This document shows, piece after piece, positions 1 to 7,739 of a stretch of DNA of 11,958 nucleotides. The stretch is taken from the IMG/VR virus record IMGVR_UViG_3300045988_153646; one strand, 5' to 3'. This stretch comes from a virus. A model generated the notes under the pieces. The model was given only the letters and a program-made list of their open reading frames with translations, was not told where the DNA came from and made no database searches. Made by a program: the position numbers and the translations under genes. Numbering within the stretch: position 1 is the first letter of the stretch; every line of letters starts with the position of its first letter.

Positions 1-229
1 ATAGGTACTTATGGGATTTAACAATTTGTTCACATTTCCCCAAACGCTTTAATACACTAAAGTGCTAAAGCAGTGAAGCAGACCAAACACAATTAGTTAA
101 ACAACACAACAAAATAACAAAACGTATATATAAACAATACAATTTATTAATTGCAATTGCCGGCTATATATGTTATACTATATATGTAATCAAGAGAAGA
201 TTACAACATTAAATCTAAGGAGTTGTTAC
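1..229. repeat. Left inverted terminal repeat (ITR-L)
   Basis: Bases 1-229 are the exact reverse complement of 11730-11958. Identity continues to base 235 with one mismatch (g230 versus a at the mirrored position). The repeat starts at base 1 of the window. Confidence 0.97.
151..179 (+). promoter_or_regulatory. Sigma-A/sigma-70-type promoter inside ITR-L (TTGCAA-17 nt-TATACT with extended -10 TG)
   Basis: -35 TTGCAA at 151-156, a 17-nt spacer ending in TGT (171-173), and -10 TATACT at 174-179. AGGAG (218-222) and ATG 233 follow downstream. Confidence 0.7.
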
Positions 230-232
230 GAT

Positions 233-394
233 ATGTTAAAATTCACATTGCTGTTCGGTAATAATAAACTAGAATTTACCGATATAGACGTTGCATTAAG
301 AAGTGCGTTAGCACTAAGTGAAAACTTCAACGTTCACATGATTGTGTACCATGATAATAAGGTTATAAGACACGTTATGATAAAAGAGGAGTGA
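233..394 (+). CDS. Hypothetical small protein (53 aa), first gene of the left arm
   Basis: ATG 233 lies 10 nt after AGGAG (218-222). The track ORF starting at 170 adds 21 residues (MLYYICNQEKITTLNLRSCY.) that are ITR-encoded, have no RBS and overlap the -10 box. No recognisable motif. Confidence 0.6.
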   Translation: MLKFTLLFGNNKLEFTDIDVALRSALALSENFNVHMIVYHDNKVIRHVMIKEE

Positions 395-401
395 TAAGTC
401 A

Positions 402-587
402 ATGCTAATAGCACAAGGAATACTACTAATAATAGCAATGGTTGTGGGGCTAATCGCAATAGCCCTGCAACTAGCTATGAACATACGGGAATGTATGAAA
501 CCAGACGAACCAGAACCGCAAGAACAACACGTCAAGTTGATAGTCGAGTTAAAGGGAAAAGGGTGGGATAACAATGATAGTAATTAA
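402..587 (+). CDS. Small membrane protein (61 aa): one N-terminal TM helix and an acidic C-terminal tail
   Basis: GAGGAG at 386-391 upstream of ATG 402. Residues ~3-26 (IAQGILLIIAMVVGLIAIALQLAM) are uniformly hydrophobic and are followed by a charged PDEPEPQEQ segment. Confidence 0.65.
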   Translation: MLIAQGILLIIAMVVGLIAIALQLAMNIRECMKPDEPEPQEQHVKLIVELKGKGWDNNDSN

Positions 588-834
588 ATCGTATTCGCCG
601 GCATTGCGCAAATATATAACAATGGAAACGCTGTCAAGCGAAAATGTTCACATAGGCTATATGAACCATAAATATTATATAACACTAAAAGCTATGGAAA
701 AGATATTTAACATAGCAGGCGGTACACGTTGCGGTTATGCTATTTCATATGACCCTGATTTAACTATCTGCACATGGGGAATGTTACCGAGTGAGATTGA
801 AGAAATGCAAGGAGTTGAGTTTAACAATGCCTAA
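574..834 (+). CDS. Hypothetical protein (86 aa)
   Basis: Open frame with a weak G-rich RBS (GGGTGGG, 561-567). It overlaps the previous gene by 14 nt and the next gene by 8 nt (ATGCCTAA), which is consistent with operon packing. The start is uncertain (alternative Met at 622). No motif recognised. Confidence 0.5.
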   Translation: MIVIKSYSPALRKYITMETLSSENVHIGYMNHKYYITLKAMEKIFNIAGGTRCGYAISYDPDLTICTWGMLPSEIEEMQGVEFNNA

Positions 835-1405
835 ACCGATAATACCTGAAAAATTTGTGCGAGGTCTGTCAGACAAGGCACTAAACTCACAAATCAAACG
901 TTATTCAAAACGTGCTAACAGCCGTATAGAGCGACTAAAACGTGAGGGGCTGTGGTATAATTCCGCAAGTATTCAACGCAAATGGGAGGCAGTAACACAT
1001 ACTGCGCCAATAGGCACTAACTCAGGGCGTTTCAGTCGTTCCGTGTCAGGTAACAGAGAAACAAGAGAAGAGCAACTAAAACAATTAATCAGATTTCTAA
1101 ACGCCAAAACCACAGTAAAGGACGTTAAGAACGAGATTAAGACGTTCAAAGCAAAGATAGCTAACTATACTGGAAAAACACCCAGTGACGACCTAGTGGG
1201 CGCAATTAACCGATTAATGGGTAGGTATATGGGCGAGTTTAAGCGGTTCGGAATATCATCAGAACAAGCATATCATATCATCACTGAGTTAGTATACGGC
1301 AAAGGTGAACAAGGCGCAGAAGATAGCATACTACACGCTATACGAACCGCACAATCAAATGATGATTTTTTCCAAAAGGTAACAGAAAACTATACATACT
1401 ATTAG
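827..1405 (+). CDS. Putative terminal protein (192 aa, basic) directly upstream of the DNA polymerase
   Basis: AAGGAG at 809-814 followed by ATG 827; the track start at 791 is a GTG with no RBS. Its position immediately 5' of the protein-primed polymerase matches phi29, Cp-1 and PRD1 organisation. The N-terminus is Lys/Arg-rich and helical-looking (SQIKRYSKRANSRIERLKREG), resembling my recollection of the phi29 TP N-terminal domain. The call rests on synteny and composition only. Confidence 0.55.
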   Translation: MPKPIIPEKFVRGLSDKALNSQIKRYSKRANSRIERLKREGLWYNSASIQRKWEAVTHTAPIGTNSGRFSRSVSGNRETREEQLKQLIRFLNAKTTVKDVKNEIKTFKAKIANYTGKTPSDDLVGAINRLMGRYMGEFKRFGISSEQAYHIITELVYGKGEQGAEDSILHAIRTAQSNDDFFQKVTENYTYY

Positions 1406-1425
1406 CAGACAAACGAGGGAGAGTT

Positions 1426-3609
1426 ATGCAGTATATTACAACGTTTGATATAAATACATTACCAGATATCGAAACAGTACGCAAGTGCAAAACAAGCAAG
1501 TGCGCATATATCAATGCGCCATTCGCCTTTGATATTGAAACAACGTCATATATAGACAATGACGGAAACAAACGTGCGTTTATGTATGAGTTTTCAATGT
1601 CATTGAATGGTGTTCCCGTATATGGTCGATACTGGTATGAGTTCATGAGTGTACTACGTCAGCTAAAACAACGCTATAAACTATCAAAAAAGAAACGTCT
1701 AGTAATATACGTTCATAACCTAGCATATGAATTTCAATTTTTGCAAGGGCGTTTCCCAGTGTCGGACGTTTTCGCCCGGGTAAATCGTCACCCTATGAAA
1801 TGCGTGATTGATGAATGTTTTGAGTTCCGTTGTTCCTATGTGTTGTCAGGTTTATCATTGGCAAAAACCGCAGAACAAATAACAATCCACAATATAGAAA
1901 AGCTGACCGGTGACCTAGACTATAAACTGATTAGAACACGCAAAACACCATTAACCGAACAAGAATTATCCTATTGTGAAAATGACGTGCAAATTATATA
2001 TTGGTTTATCAAGCAGGAAATGTTACAAAATGGTAACAGTATAGCTGATATTCCATTGACAAAAACGGGATATGTGCGTAGATACTGTTATGAATACATT
2101 TCAACTCATACCAATTTTGACCAGTATCGTGCATTTATTAAACACTGCGCTCCTACCGAACCAGAATTGTTTATATTAATGCACAAATGTTTTGCAGGCG
2201 GTTTCACACACGCTAACGTCCTGCACGTTGGCGAAACGTGCGAGAACGTGGGTGCTATAGATTTTACTAGCAGTTATCCTGCGCAAATGGTACGGCATAA
2301 ATATCCTATGACAAAATTTTATAAAGTACCCGTAAATACCCGTAAACAGTTTGAAACACTGGTGAATACAAAGGCGTGTTTGATTGAAATATGTTTTAAG
2401 GGTGTCAATGCAAAAACACCTAACCATATAATCAGTAGTTCAAAATGTCAGTATGTTGAAAACGGGGTATATGACAATGGACGTATAGTTTCAGCCGATA
2501 AGATATACACATATATAACAGACGTTGACTATAACGACATTTGTCAGTTTTATGATATAGACAAAATACACGTTGTTCAAATGTGGGTTGCTAACTATGG
2601 ATATTTACCTAATGAATTTCTACAGTGCGTTTTGACGTTTTTCGCAGACAAAACCACCTTAAAAGGCGTAAAAGGTAAAGAGCAGGAATATCTATTAAAA
2701 AAAGGAATGTTAAACAGTGCGTATGGAATGAGTGTTACTAATCCCGTGAACGATGAATGTGAGTTTGTGGAAAACGATGATGATATAGGCGGTGTTTGGC
2801 AAGAAGTTGAGCAGGATATAAACGGGGCGTTATTAGATAGCTATATAGGCAATAATAAACAATTCCTGCTATACCAGTGGGGCGTGTGGGTAACTGCGTG
2901 GGCTAGACACGAATTGTTTCAAGGTGTTTTGAAAATGGATATTGACGTTGTATACTGTGATACAGATAGCATAAAATATCTACACCCTGACAAGTATAAA
3001 ACGTGGGTTGACGAATATAACGAACGTGTGTTCAGTGATATGCTGAAACGTTGTGATGATATAGGTGTTAGCCGTGATATGGTAAACCCAGTTACGATAA
3101 AAGGTGAACATACACCTCTAGGCGTATTTGATTATGAAAAGACCTACAAATATTTTAAAACACTAGGTGCAAAACGTTACGCATTTTCATACACTGGTGA
3201 TGATTTTAGCATAACTGTGTCAGGACTGAACAAAAAAACGGCAGTTCCGTATATACTGGAATACTGCGAAAATCATAACATTAGTCCGTTTGATTTTTTT
3301 GATGATGATATGTATATACCGGCAGTCTATACCGACAATAACGGAGTTGTTCAATATCCCACAGGCAAATCAACACTATCCTATAGTAATATAGGTGATG
3401 ATTTTTCTGATAAAATCACCGACTATTTAGGAGAAACAGACGTAGTTGATGAAAATAGCTATATTCATATGACCGAGCAGGACTACAGTCTTAGCCTCAC
3501 GGACGCATTTTTAGAATATATTTCTAAGTCACAATACGTTGACGGGGCGCAGGAGTGTCCTAAACCTGACTATCTGAAAATTTTAAAAAATCTGAAAAAG
3601 GAGTGTTAA
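1426..3609 (+). CDS. Family-B DNA polymerase, protein-primed type (727 aa)
   Basis: All motifs are readable. ExoI FAFDIETT (D36/E38). ExoII HNLAYEFQF (N98/E102). SLAK (S144). ExoIII YCENDVQII (Y183/D187). Motif A DFTSSYPAQM (D279). Motif B KKGMLNSAYG (~425). TAWAR. Motif C YCDTDS (Y510-S515, nt 2953-2970). KxY as GAKRYAF. Several strings are near-identical to phi29 gp2 (NDxQII, YPAQM, MLNSxYG, TAWAR, YCDTDS). RBS GAGGGAG at 1415-1421. Confidence 0.97.
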   Translation: MQYITTFDINTLPDIETVRKCKTSKCAYINAPFAFDIETTSYIDNDGNKRAFMYEFSMSLNGVPVYGRYWYEFMSVLRQLKQRYKLSKKKRLVIYVHNLAYEFQFLQGRFPVSDVFARVNRHPMKCVIDECFEFRCSYVLSGLSLAKTAEQITIHNIEKLTGDLDYKLIRTRKTPLTEQELSYCENDVQIIYWFIKQEMLQNGNSIADIPLTKTGYVRRYCYEYISTHTNFDQYRAFIKHCAPTEPELFILMHKCFAGGFTHANVLHVGETCENVGAIDFTSSYPAQMVRHKYPMTKFYKVPVNTRKQFETLVNTKACLIEICFKGVNAKTPNHIISSSKCQYVENGVYDNGRIVSADKIYTYITDVDYNDICQFYDIDKIHVVQMWVANYGYLPNEFLQCVLTFFADKTTLKGVKGKEQEYLLKKGMLNSAYGMSVTNPVNDECEFVENDDDIGGVWQEVEQDINGALLDSYIGNNKQFLLYQWGVWVTAWARHELFQGVLKMDIDVVYCDTDSIKYLHPDKYKTWVDEYNERVFSDMLKRCDDIGVSRDMVNPVTIKGEHTPLGVFDYEKTYKYFKTLGAKRYAFSYTGDDFSITVSGLNKKTAVPYILEYCENHNISPFDFFDDDMYIPAVYTDNNGVVQYPTGKSTLSYSNIGDDFSDKITDYLGETDVVDENSYIHMTEQDYSLSLTDAFLEYISKSQYVDGAQECPKPDYLKILKNLKKEC

Positions 3610-3611
3610 GC

Positions 3612-3935
3612 ATGGGTTGTACTGGTAATTATCTAAACGCTAGTGAAGTATGTGACTATAATACGGCTATGAAACAGTTAGCCGTTGCCGTCATAATAAG
3701 GCTAATCAACGATATGCAACAGAAAAATTACTGCCTAAATTATTCAAAAGATATAAACTATAGAAAACGTAAATTGTTCTATAGTGCTGTTGAATATCCC
3801 CTGCGTTATCCTGAGTGGCTAAATTTTTGGTTAGCCACTGCGGATATGGATATATATGCAGATGATATTACTACAATGGCAAAAGAGAAATACAAACAAG
3901 GGTATATTGAACCCCAGAAAAGGAGTAAACAATGA
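3612..3935 (+). CDS. Hypothetical protein (107 aa) between the polymerase and the packaging ATPase
   Basis: AAAGGAG at 3597-3603 with an 8-nt spacer to ATG 3612; the track start at 3603 is a GTG lying inside the RBS. ATGA overlap with the next gene. No recognisable motif. Confidence 0.7.
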   Translation: MGCTGNYLNASEVCDYNTAMKQLAVAVIIRLINDMQQKNYCLNYSKDINYRKRKLFYSAVEYPLRYPEWLNFWLATADMDIYADDITTMAKEKYKQGYIEPQKRSKQ

Positions 3936-5050
3936 ATAAAATAATTAATAAAATAAAGGGCGCCCCCGTTGATGAATACTATAGTTTAAAACGTATACTG
4001 AAAACTAATGCCACATATAACATAATTTTTGGTAAACGTTCAAACGGAAAAACATTTAGCGTTGTAGAACGGGCGTTAGAACACGGCTGGAAACTAGCAT
4101 ATATACGGCGTTTTGACGAGGAAATAACTAGGAAAAATCTAAATAATTTAGTATGTGCCGACCATGATATCGCAAAACATACCCACGGACAATGGAATAG
4201 TTATTGTTTTCAATCTAACTGTTTTTATTTTACGCTAGTTGAAAACGGCAAGGTTATAAAAAAATCAACTGAGCCGTTTATACACTGTTTTTCATTGAAT
4301 ACAATGGAAACCACCAAAGGCGCAGATAATGGATATTTCCCTATAATTCTGTTTGACGAATTTATAACTAGACGTTTTTATCTGCCTAACGAATTTGTAC
4401 TATTTCAAAATCTATTATCATCAATCATACGAGACCGAGATGGTAGTGAAATATATATGCTAGCAAATACAGTCAATCAATCATGCCCTTATTTTGCTGA
4501 AATGGGTTTATCAAGAATTGACAAAATGAAACAAGGTGAAATACAGATAGTTGATTATGGTGACAGTGGTTTGAGGGTTGCTGTTGAATATTGTAACGAC
4601 ACGACAAACACATTAAAAACCGCTAAATATTTTGCGTTTGATAATCCACAATTAAAAATGATAACAAACGGAAAATGGGAGATTAAGGGTTACCCTCATT
4701 GTCCTATTTCTGTTACCCGTGACAACATAGCGTTTGTATTTTTTGTAGTTTTTGAAGATCATATAATCAGGGGAAACATAGTCAATGACAACGGACAAAT
4801 TTTTGTGTTTTTCAATCCACACACCAACACCAACAGAACACTAACAGAAAACGATATTGTATATAGGTTAGATGTTTCCCCGTTTCCGTTATGGTGTCAG
4901 TCTGTCAATGAAACACCAACAGACGCACATAAAATCATCAGGGAATTAATAAACCGCAATAAAATGTATTTTTCAGATAATACCACGGGCGAAATAATTC
5001 GTAACTGGTTAAAACAACAGTCACAAATAAAACAAACGTTTTTATCATAA
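3932..5050 (+). CDS. DNA encapsidation (packaging) ATPase, phi29 gp16-like (372 aa)
   Basis: Walker A GKRSNGKT (nt 4031-4054). Walker B ILFDEF (D142/E143, nt 4355-4360). Context strings IFGKRSNGKTF...AYIRRF, FDEFI...PNEF and LANTVNQSCPYF parallel my recollection of phi29 gp16 (IGARGIGKSY...IYVRRY, FDEFI...PNEV, LSNAVSVVNPYF). RBS AAAGGAG at 3919-3925. Confidence 0.92.
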   Translation: MNKIINKIKGAPVDEYYSLKRILKTNATYNIIFGKRSNGKTFSVVERALEHGWKLAYIRRFDEEITRKNLNNLVCADHDIAKHTHGQWNSYCFQSNCFYFTLVENGKVIKKSTEPFIHCFSLNTMETTKGADNGYFPIILFDEFITRRFYLPNEFVLFQNLLSSIIRDRDGSEIYMLANTVNQSCPYFAEMGLSRIDKMKQGEIQIVDYGDSGLRVAVEYCNDTTNTLKTAKYFAFDNPQLKMITNGKWEIKGYPHCPISVTRDNIAFVFFVVFEDHIIRGNIVNDNGQIFVFFNPHTNTNRTLTENDIVYRLDVSPFPLWCQSVNETPTDAHKIIRELINRNKMYFSDNTTGEIIRNWLKQQSQIKQTFLS

Positions 5051-5054
5051 TACT

Positions 5055-5085
5055 AAACCCCTATACCAATCTAGTATAGGGGTTT
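5055..5085. terminator. Bidirectional stem-loop at the convergence point of the two arms
   Basis: AAACCCCTATAC (5055-5066) pairs perfectly with GTATAGGGGTTT (5074-5085) across a 7-nt loop. The A-run and T-run arms give a U-tract on either strand. It lies between the ATPase stop (5050) and the tail gene stop (5120). Confidence 0.7.
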
Positions 5086-5095
5086 ATAATATGCC

Positions 5096-5110
5096 CGTCA
5101 CTGGGTGACG
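5096..5110. terminator. Second short hairpin in the convergent gap
   Basis: CGTCAC (5096-5101), loop TGG, then GTGACG (5105-5110), followed by TTGTT on the + strand. Short stem and weak evidence. Confidence 0.35.
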
Positions 5111-5119
5111 TTGTTACTA

Positions 5120-7213
5120 TTATACAAATACGCCTGCGGTCAATAGTTGTGACAGCATGGTTTTTTCTGTTTCTGTGCATTTAAACGATATTTCAGGATT
5201 ACTAACCACAGTAAAACCCTTAAAATCAGACAGTTTACCAGTTTGTTCGCAAGCAAAGCCTACAGTACGCCCGTAATTATCTGGTACATTTAAAATAGGT
5301 CTATCAATAATGAAATAGCACTTTTGCGGTTGCCACGTTGCAACTGCTGGAGAGCTTGCACTCGCTTCTTGATAATTAGTACCAGTTGCAAAACCACTGT
5401 ACAATTTTTCAGCACTGCTAACCATACCACCAATATTTCCGCTAGCAATTGATGTTACACCACCGACAGCACCGCTAACTACATTTCCGATAATTGTACT
5501 AGCATAACTTGCACTGTCTGTTCCTGTCATTGGAATTGATACACCGACTACTCCGTTCCTATAAATAAATGGAATGTCGTCTTTAAATACTATAGCCGTG
5601 CCTGCTCCTGTCGTGTAGTCAACTATCATTTTTACAGAAATTTTATGCCCCATAAACTCCGCTGTTGAAACAGGTACAACGCCAATATATGGGATATATA
5701 ATTGTGCTGTTGTATATGGTTCATAGTCTAGGAAATTTTTAAACTTGGTAAAAAATGTACATTCACCTAAATCAATCAGGCTGTTTACATTTTCAGTTAG
5801 TTTAATTCCGTTTACACCGGTGTTTGTTCTGCCTATTACAATAGGCTCGGCTTGCGTTGCTGAATTTTTCAACGCAACATTAAACGGAAATAACCGGAGG
5901 TCAATAATGCCGTTCATAGGATTTTCGCCCATTAATGCTAAACCTTTTACAATTTCGTTAAACTTTGTTTCGTCAGCGTTCCATAAAAAATCGGCAAGTT
6001 GTCTAACGCTATTTGACGTGACCGCAAATGACCTATTAAAAACATTAACATTAGATAATGTAGGTTTATTCAAATCTATTTTATCTGTATAATTGTTAGG
6101 GTCTGTATTGCCTATGCCGTTAAATGGGGTATTCTGCCAATCGGTGGGATTATCCCATGTTGTTTGGATTTGTTTTGCATTTTCTGCACCCTCTGAATAT
6201 TTTCCAGTGATTTTTCCGTCATCTGAAATAATACCGCAAAATATTCCATTCTGGTTTAGATTTTCTTGTTTGGCTAATGTTCTGCTAAATGTGTAATATG
6301 TTCCCATTCTGCTATATAATTTATGAATGTTTTCGATACTATAATCAAAAACAGGTAAATATCCAGTATACACATTATTACCAATGGCAAAATATGTTTT
6401 TTTCCACAAATCGGAATAGCCTAAATTTGCATAGTAATATGAATATGTGTTGAAATAATTGGTATTTATATCATCACACCCATAAATGAACGTGTTCAAA
6501 ATTGCGTGTGATTGGTCGGCATCACCAAAATATAACGCACCATAAATGTCATAATTATCCACTATAGAATTTTTTGAATATGTGCAGAATGGTATTATAT
6601 TAAAACCTTGACAGCATTGTCTGCCACCAATTTCAGACCTGAGATAATATGGTAATGCATATATCCCCACAATATTGTGAGTATCTTTATATTGTTTTTC
6701 AAATGTATCTAGGTCAGTATCTATTCTATCGCTATAGCCTGATACATCACCAGCCCCACTATATTCAAATCTATAGGCTATCACTCTCACCAAAAAAAGA
6801 AAGTCTTTTAGTTTGTATTCTGTACCAAAATAATAGCCTAAATTATCACTTCTTTTACTATCATATGCTAGTCTATAATATGTAGTTTTAGTCTGATTAG
6901 CTATTACCGGCATATTTTGCAATGGAGGGGTAGATGGTACATTTAAACGCCCAAACATTGCACATACACCGCTCGGTGTGCCAGTACCTTTTACAAATTC
7001 TGATTGATGTGGTTTATCATATCCACTCCGGATAAAATAATCGTCAGGAGGGTTAAAATCAACGGCATAAAAAATTGACTCGTCAATAGGGTTATTTAAC
7101 TGTAATTTACCATTATCAATCAATTCTTTCATTGATTGTGTGGTTTTAATTCCTGTTAGATATTCTAATGATATACTACGGTCACTTGAATAAATTTCCT
7201 TATTTAACTTCAT
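5120..7213 (-). CDS. Large tail protein (697 aa), tail-knob-like C-terminal part with a possible receptor-binding insertion
   Basis: GGAGGA at 7227-7222 with an 8-nt spacer to ATG 7213. It is the largest structural ORF and the last gene of the virion operon. The C-terminal third carries a Gly/Ala/Ser/Val-rich hydrophobic segment (IIGNVVSGAVGGVTSIASGNIGGMVSS, nt 5414-5494). A globular tail follows, and the layout resembles my recollection of phi29 gp9. The middle region is rich in Tyr/Asn/Gly. Confidence 0.65.
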   Translation of the reverse strand: MKLNKEIYSSDRSISLEYLTGIKTTQSMKELIDNGKLQLNNPIDESIFYAVDFNPPDDYFIRSGYDKPHQSEFVKGTGTPSGVCAMFGRLNVPSTPPLQNMPVIANQTKTTYYRLAYDSKRSDNLGYYFGTEYKLKDFLFLVRVIAYRFEYSGAGDVSGYSDRIDTDLDTFEKQYKDTHNIVGIYALPYYLRSEIGGRQCCQGFNIIPFCTYSKNSIVDNYDIYGALYFGDADQSHAILNTFIYGCDDINTNYFNTYSYYYANLGYSDLWKKTYFAIGNNVYTGYLPVFDYSIENIHKLYSRMGTYYTFSRTLAKQENLNQNGIFCGIISDDGKITGKYSEGAENAKQIQTTWDNPTDWQNTPFNGIGNTDPNNYTDKIDLNKPTLSNVNVFNRSFAVTSNSVRQLADFLWNADETKFNEIVKGLALMGENPMNGIIDLRLFPFNVALKNSATQAEPIVIGRTNTGVNGIKLTENVNSLIDLGECTFFTKFKNFLDYEPYTTAQLYIPYIGVVPVSTAEFMGHKISVKMIVDYTTGAGTAIVFKDDIPFIYRNGVVGVSIPMTGTDSASYASTIIGNVVSGAVGGVTSIASGNIGGMVSSAEKLYSGFATGTNYQEASASSPAVATWQPQKCYFIIDRPILNVPDNYGRTVGFACEQTGKLSDFKGFTVVSNPEISFKCTETEKTMLSQLLTAGVFV

Positions 7214-7716
7214 GTGTTCAATCCTCCATTCTCCGCTGTTCCTTGACCACTTCCACCGCCTGCAACATTTAGCACAAAATTGTAACTATTTGCCGTGGCG
7301 GTATCTAGGTTAAAATCTCCTCCAGTGAACTCAATTACTTTCATTTCCTTGTTACCTTTTAACGGCAACATTGTATCGGGTATGTATGTACTGCCGATGT
7401 TTTCGTTCCTAGTAACTAAAAATGTGCTGGATAATAGTGCGTTGCGGTATGTGTACAAAACGTCTAATCTGCACTGTATCAATATCGTGTTTGCAGTTTC
7501 AACTGTCTGACCGGTGACAAAATAGTATCTATCAAAAAATGATATATAGCAATAGTTAGCATTGAATGTTTCAGAAGTACACCTAACACGCAATGTAGGT
7601 GTTACCATTTCAGCACTATCCAGCAACTGACATGTATAATTTATCTGATTAGTTAGCGTTTTTGAAATAGTTCGTGGGTCGTCCGCTGTGTGGTATGTGT
7701 TTAGTGTAAATGCCAT
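7210..7716 (-). CDS. Tail protein (168 aa), resembles the N-terminal domain of phi29-type tail knob proteins
   Basis: GAGGTG at 7727-7722 with a 5-nt spacer to ATG 7716. ATGA overlap with the 697-aa gene. The string NYCYISFFDRYYFVTGQTVETANTILIQCRLDVLYTY resembles the remembered gp9 N-terminal block (SYIMF...WFYAFVTELEY...VHFEIDVLQTW). Gly-rich C-terminus. Confidence 0.5.
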   Translation of the reverse strand: MAFTLNTYHTADDPRTISKTLTNQINYTCQLLDSAEMVTPTLRVRCTSETFNANYCYISFFDRYYFVTGQTVETANTILIQCRLDVLYTYRNALLSSTFLVTRNENIGSTYIPDTMLPLKGNKEMKVIEFTGGDFNLDTATANSYNFVLNVAGGGSGQGTAENGGLNT

Positions 7717-7739
7717 ATTTTCACCTCTTTTAAAATATT

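Noticed and set aside
170-232. N-terminal extension MLYYICNQEKITTLNLRSCY(D/N), present on both terminal track ORFs (170..394 and 11421..11789)
   Set aside because: The identical peptide arises because both ORFs read through the ITR. The upstream ATG overlaps the -10 box and has no RBS. AGGAG precedes the internal ATGs at 233 and 11726, which are exactly where the ITR ends.
791-826. Upstream non-ATG starts proposed by the track: GTG 791, GTG 3603, GTG 11120 and TTG 9681
   Set aside because: In each case a canonical ATG lies a few codons downstream and is preceded at 6-12 nt by a strong SD. The upstream start either lies inside that SD or has none.
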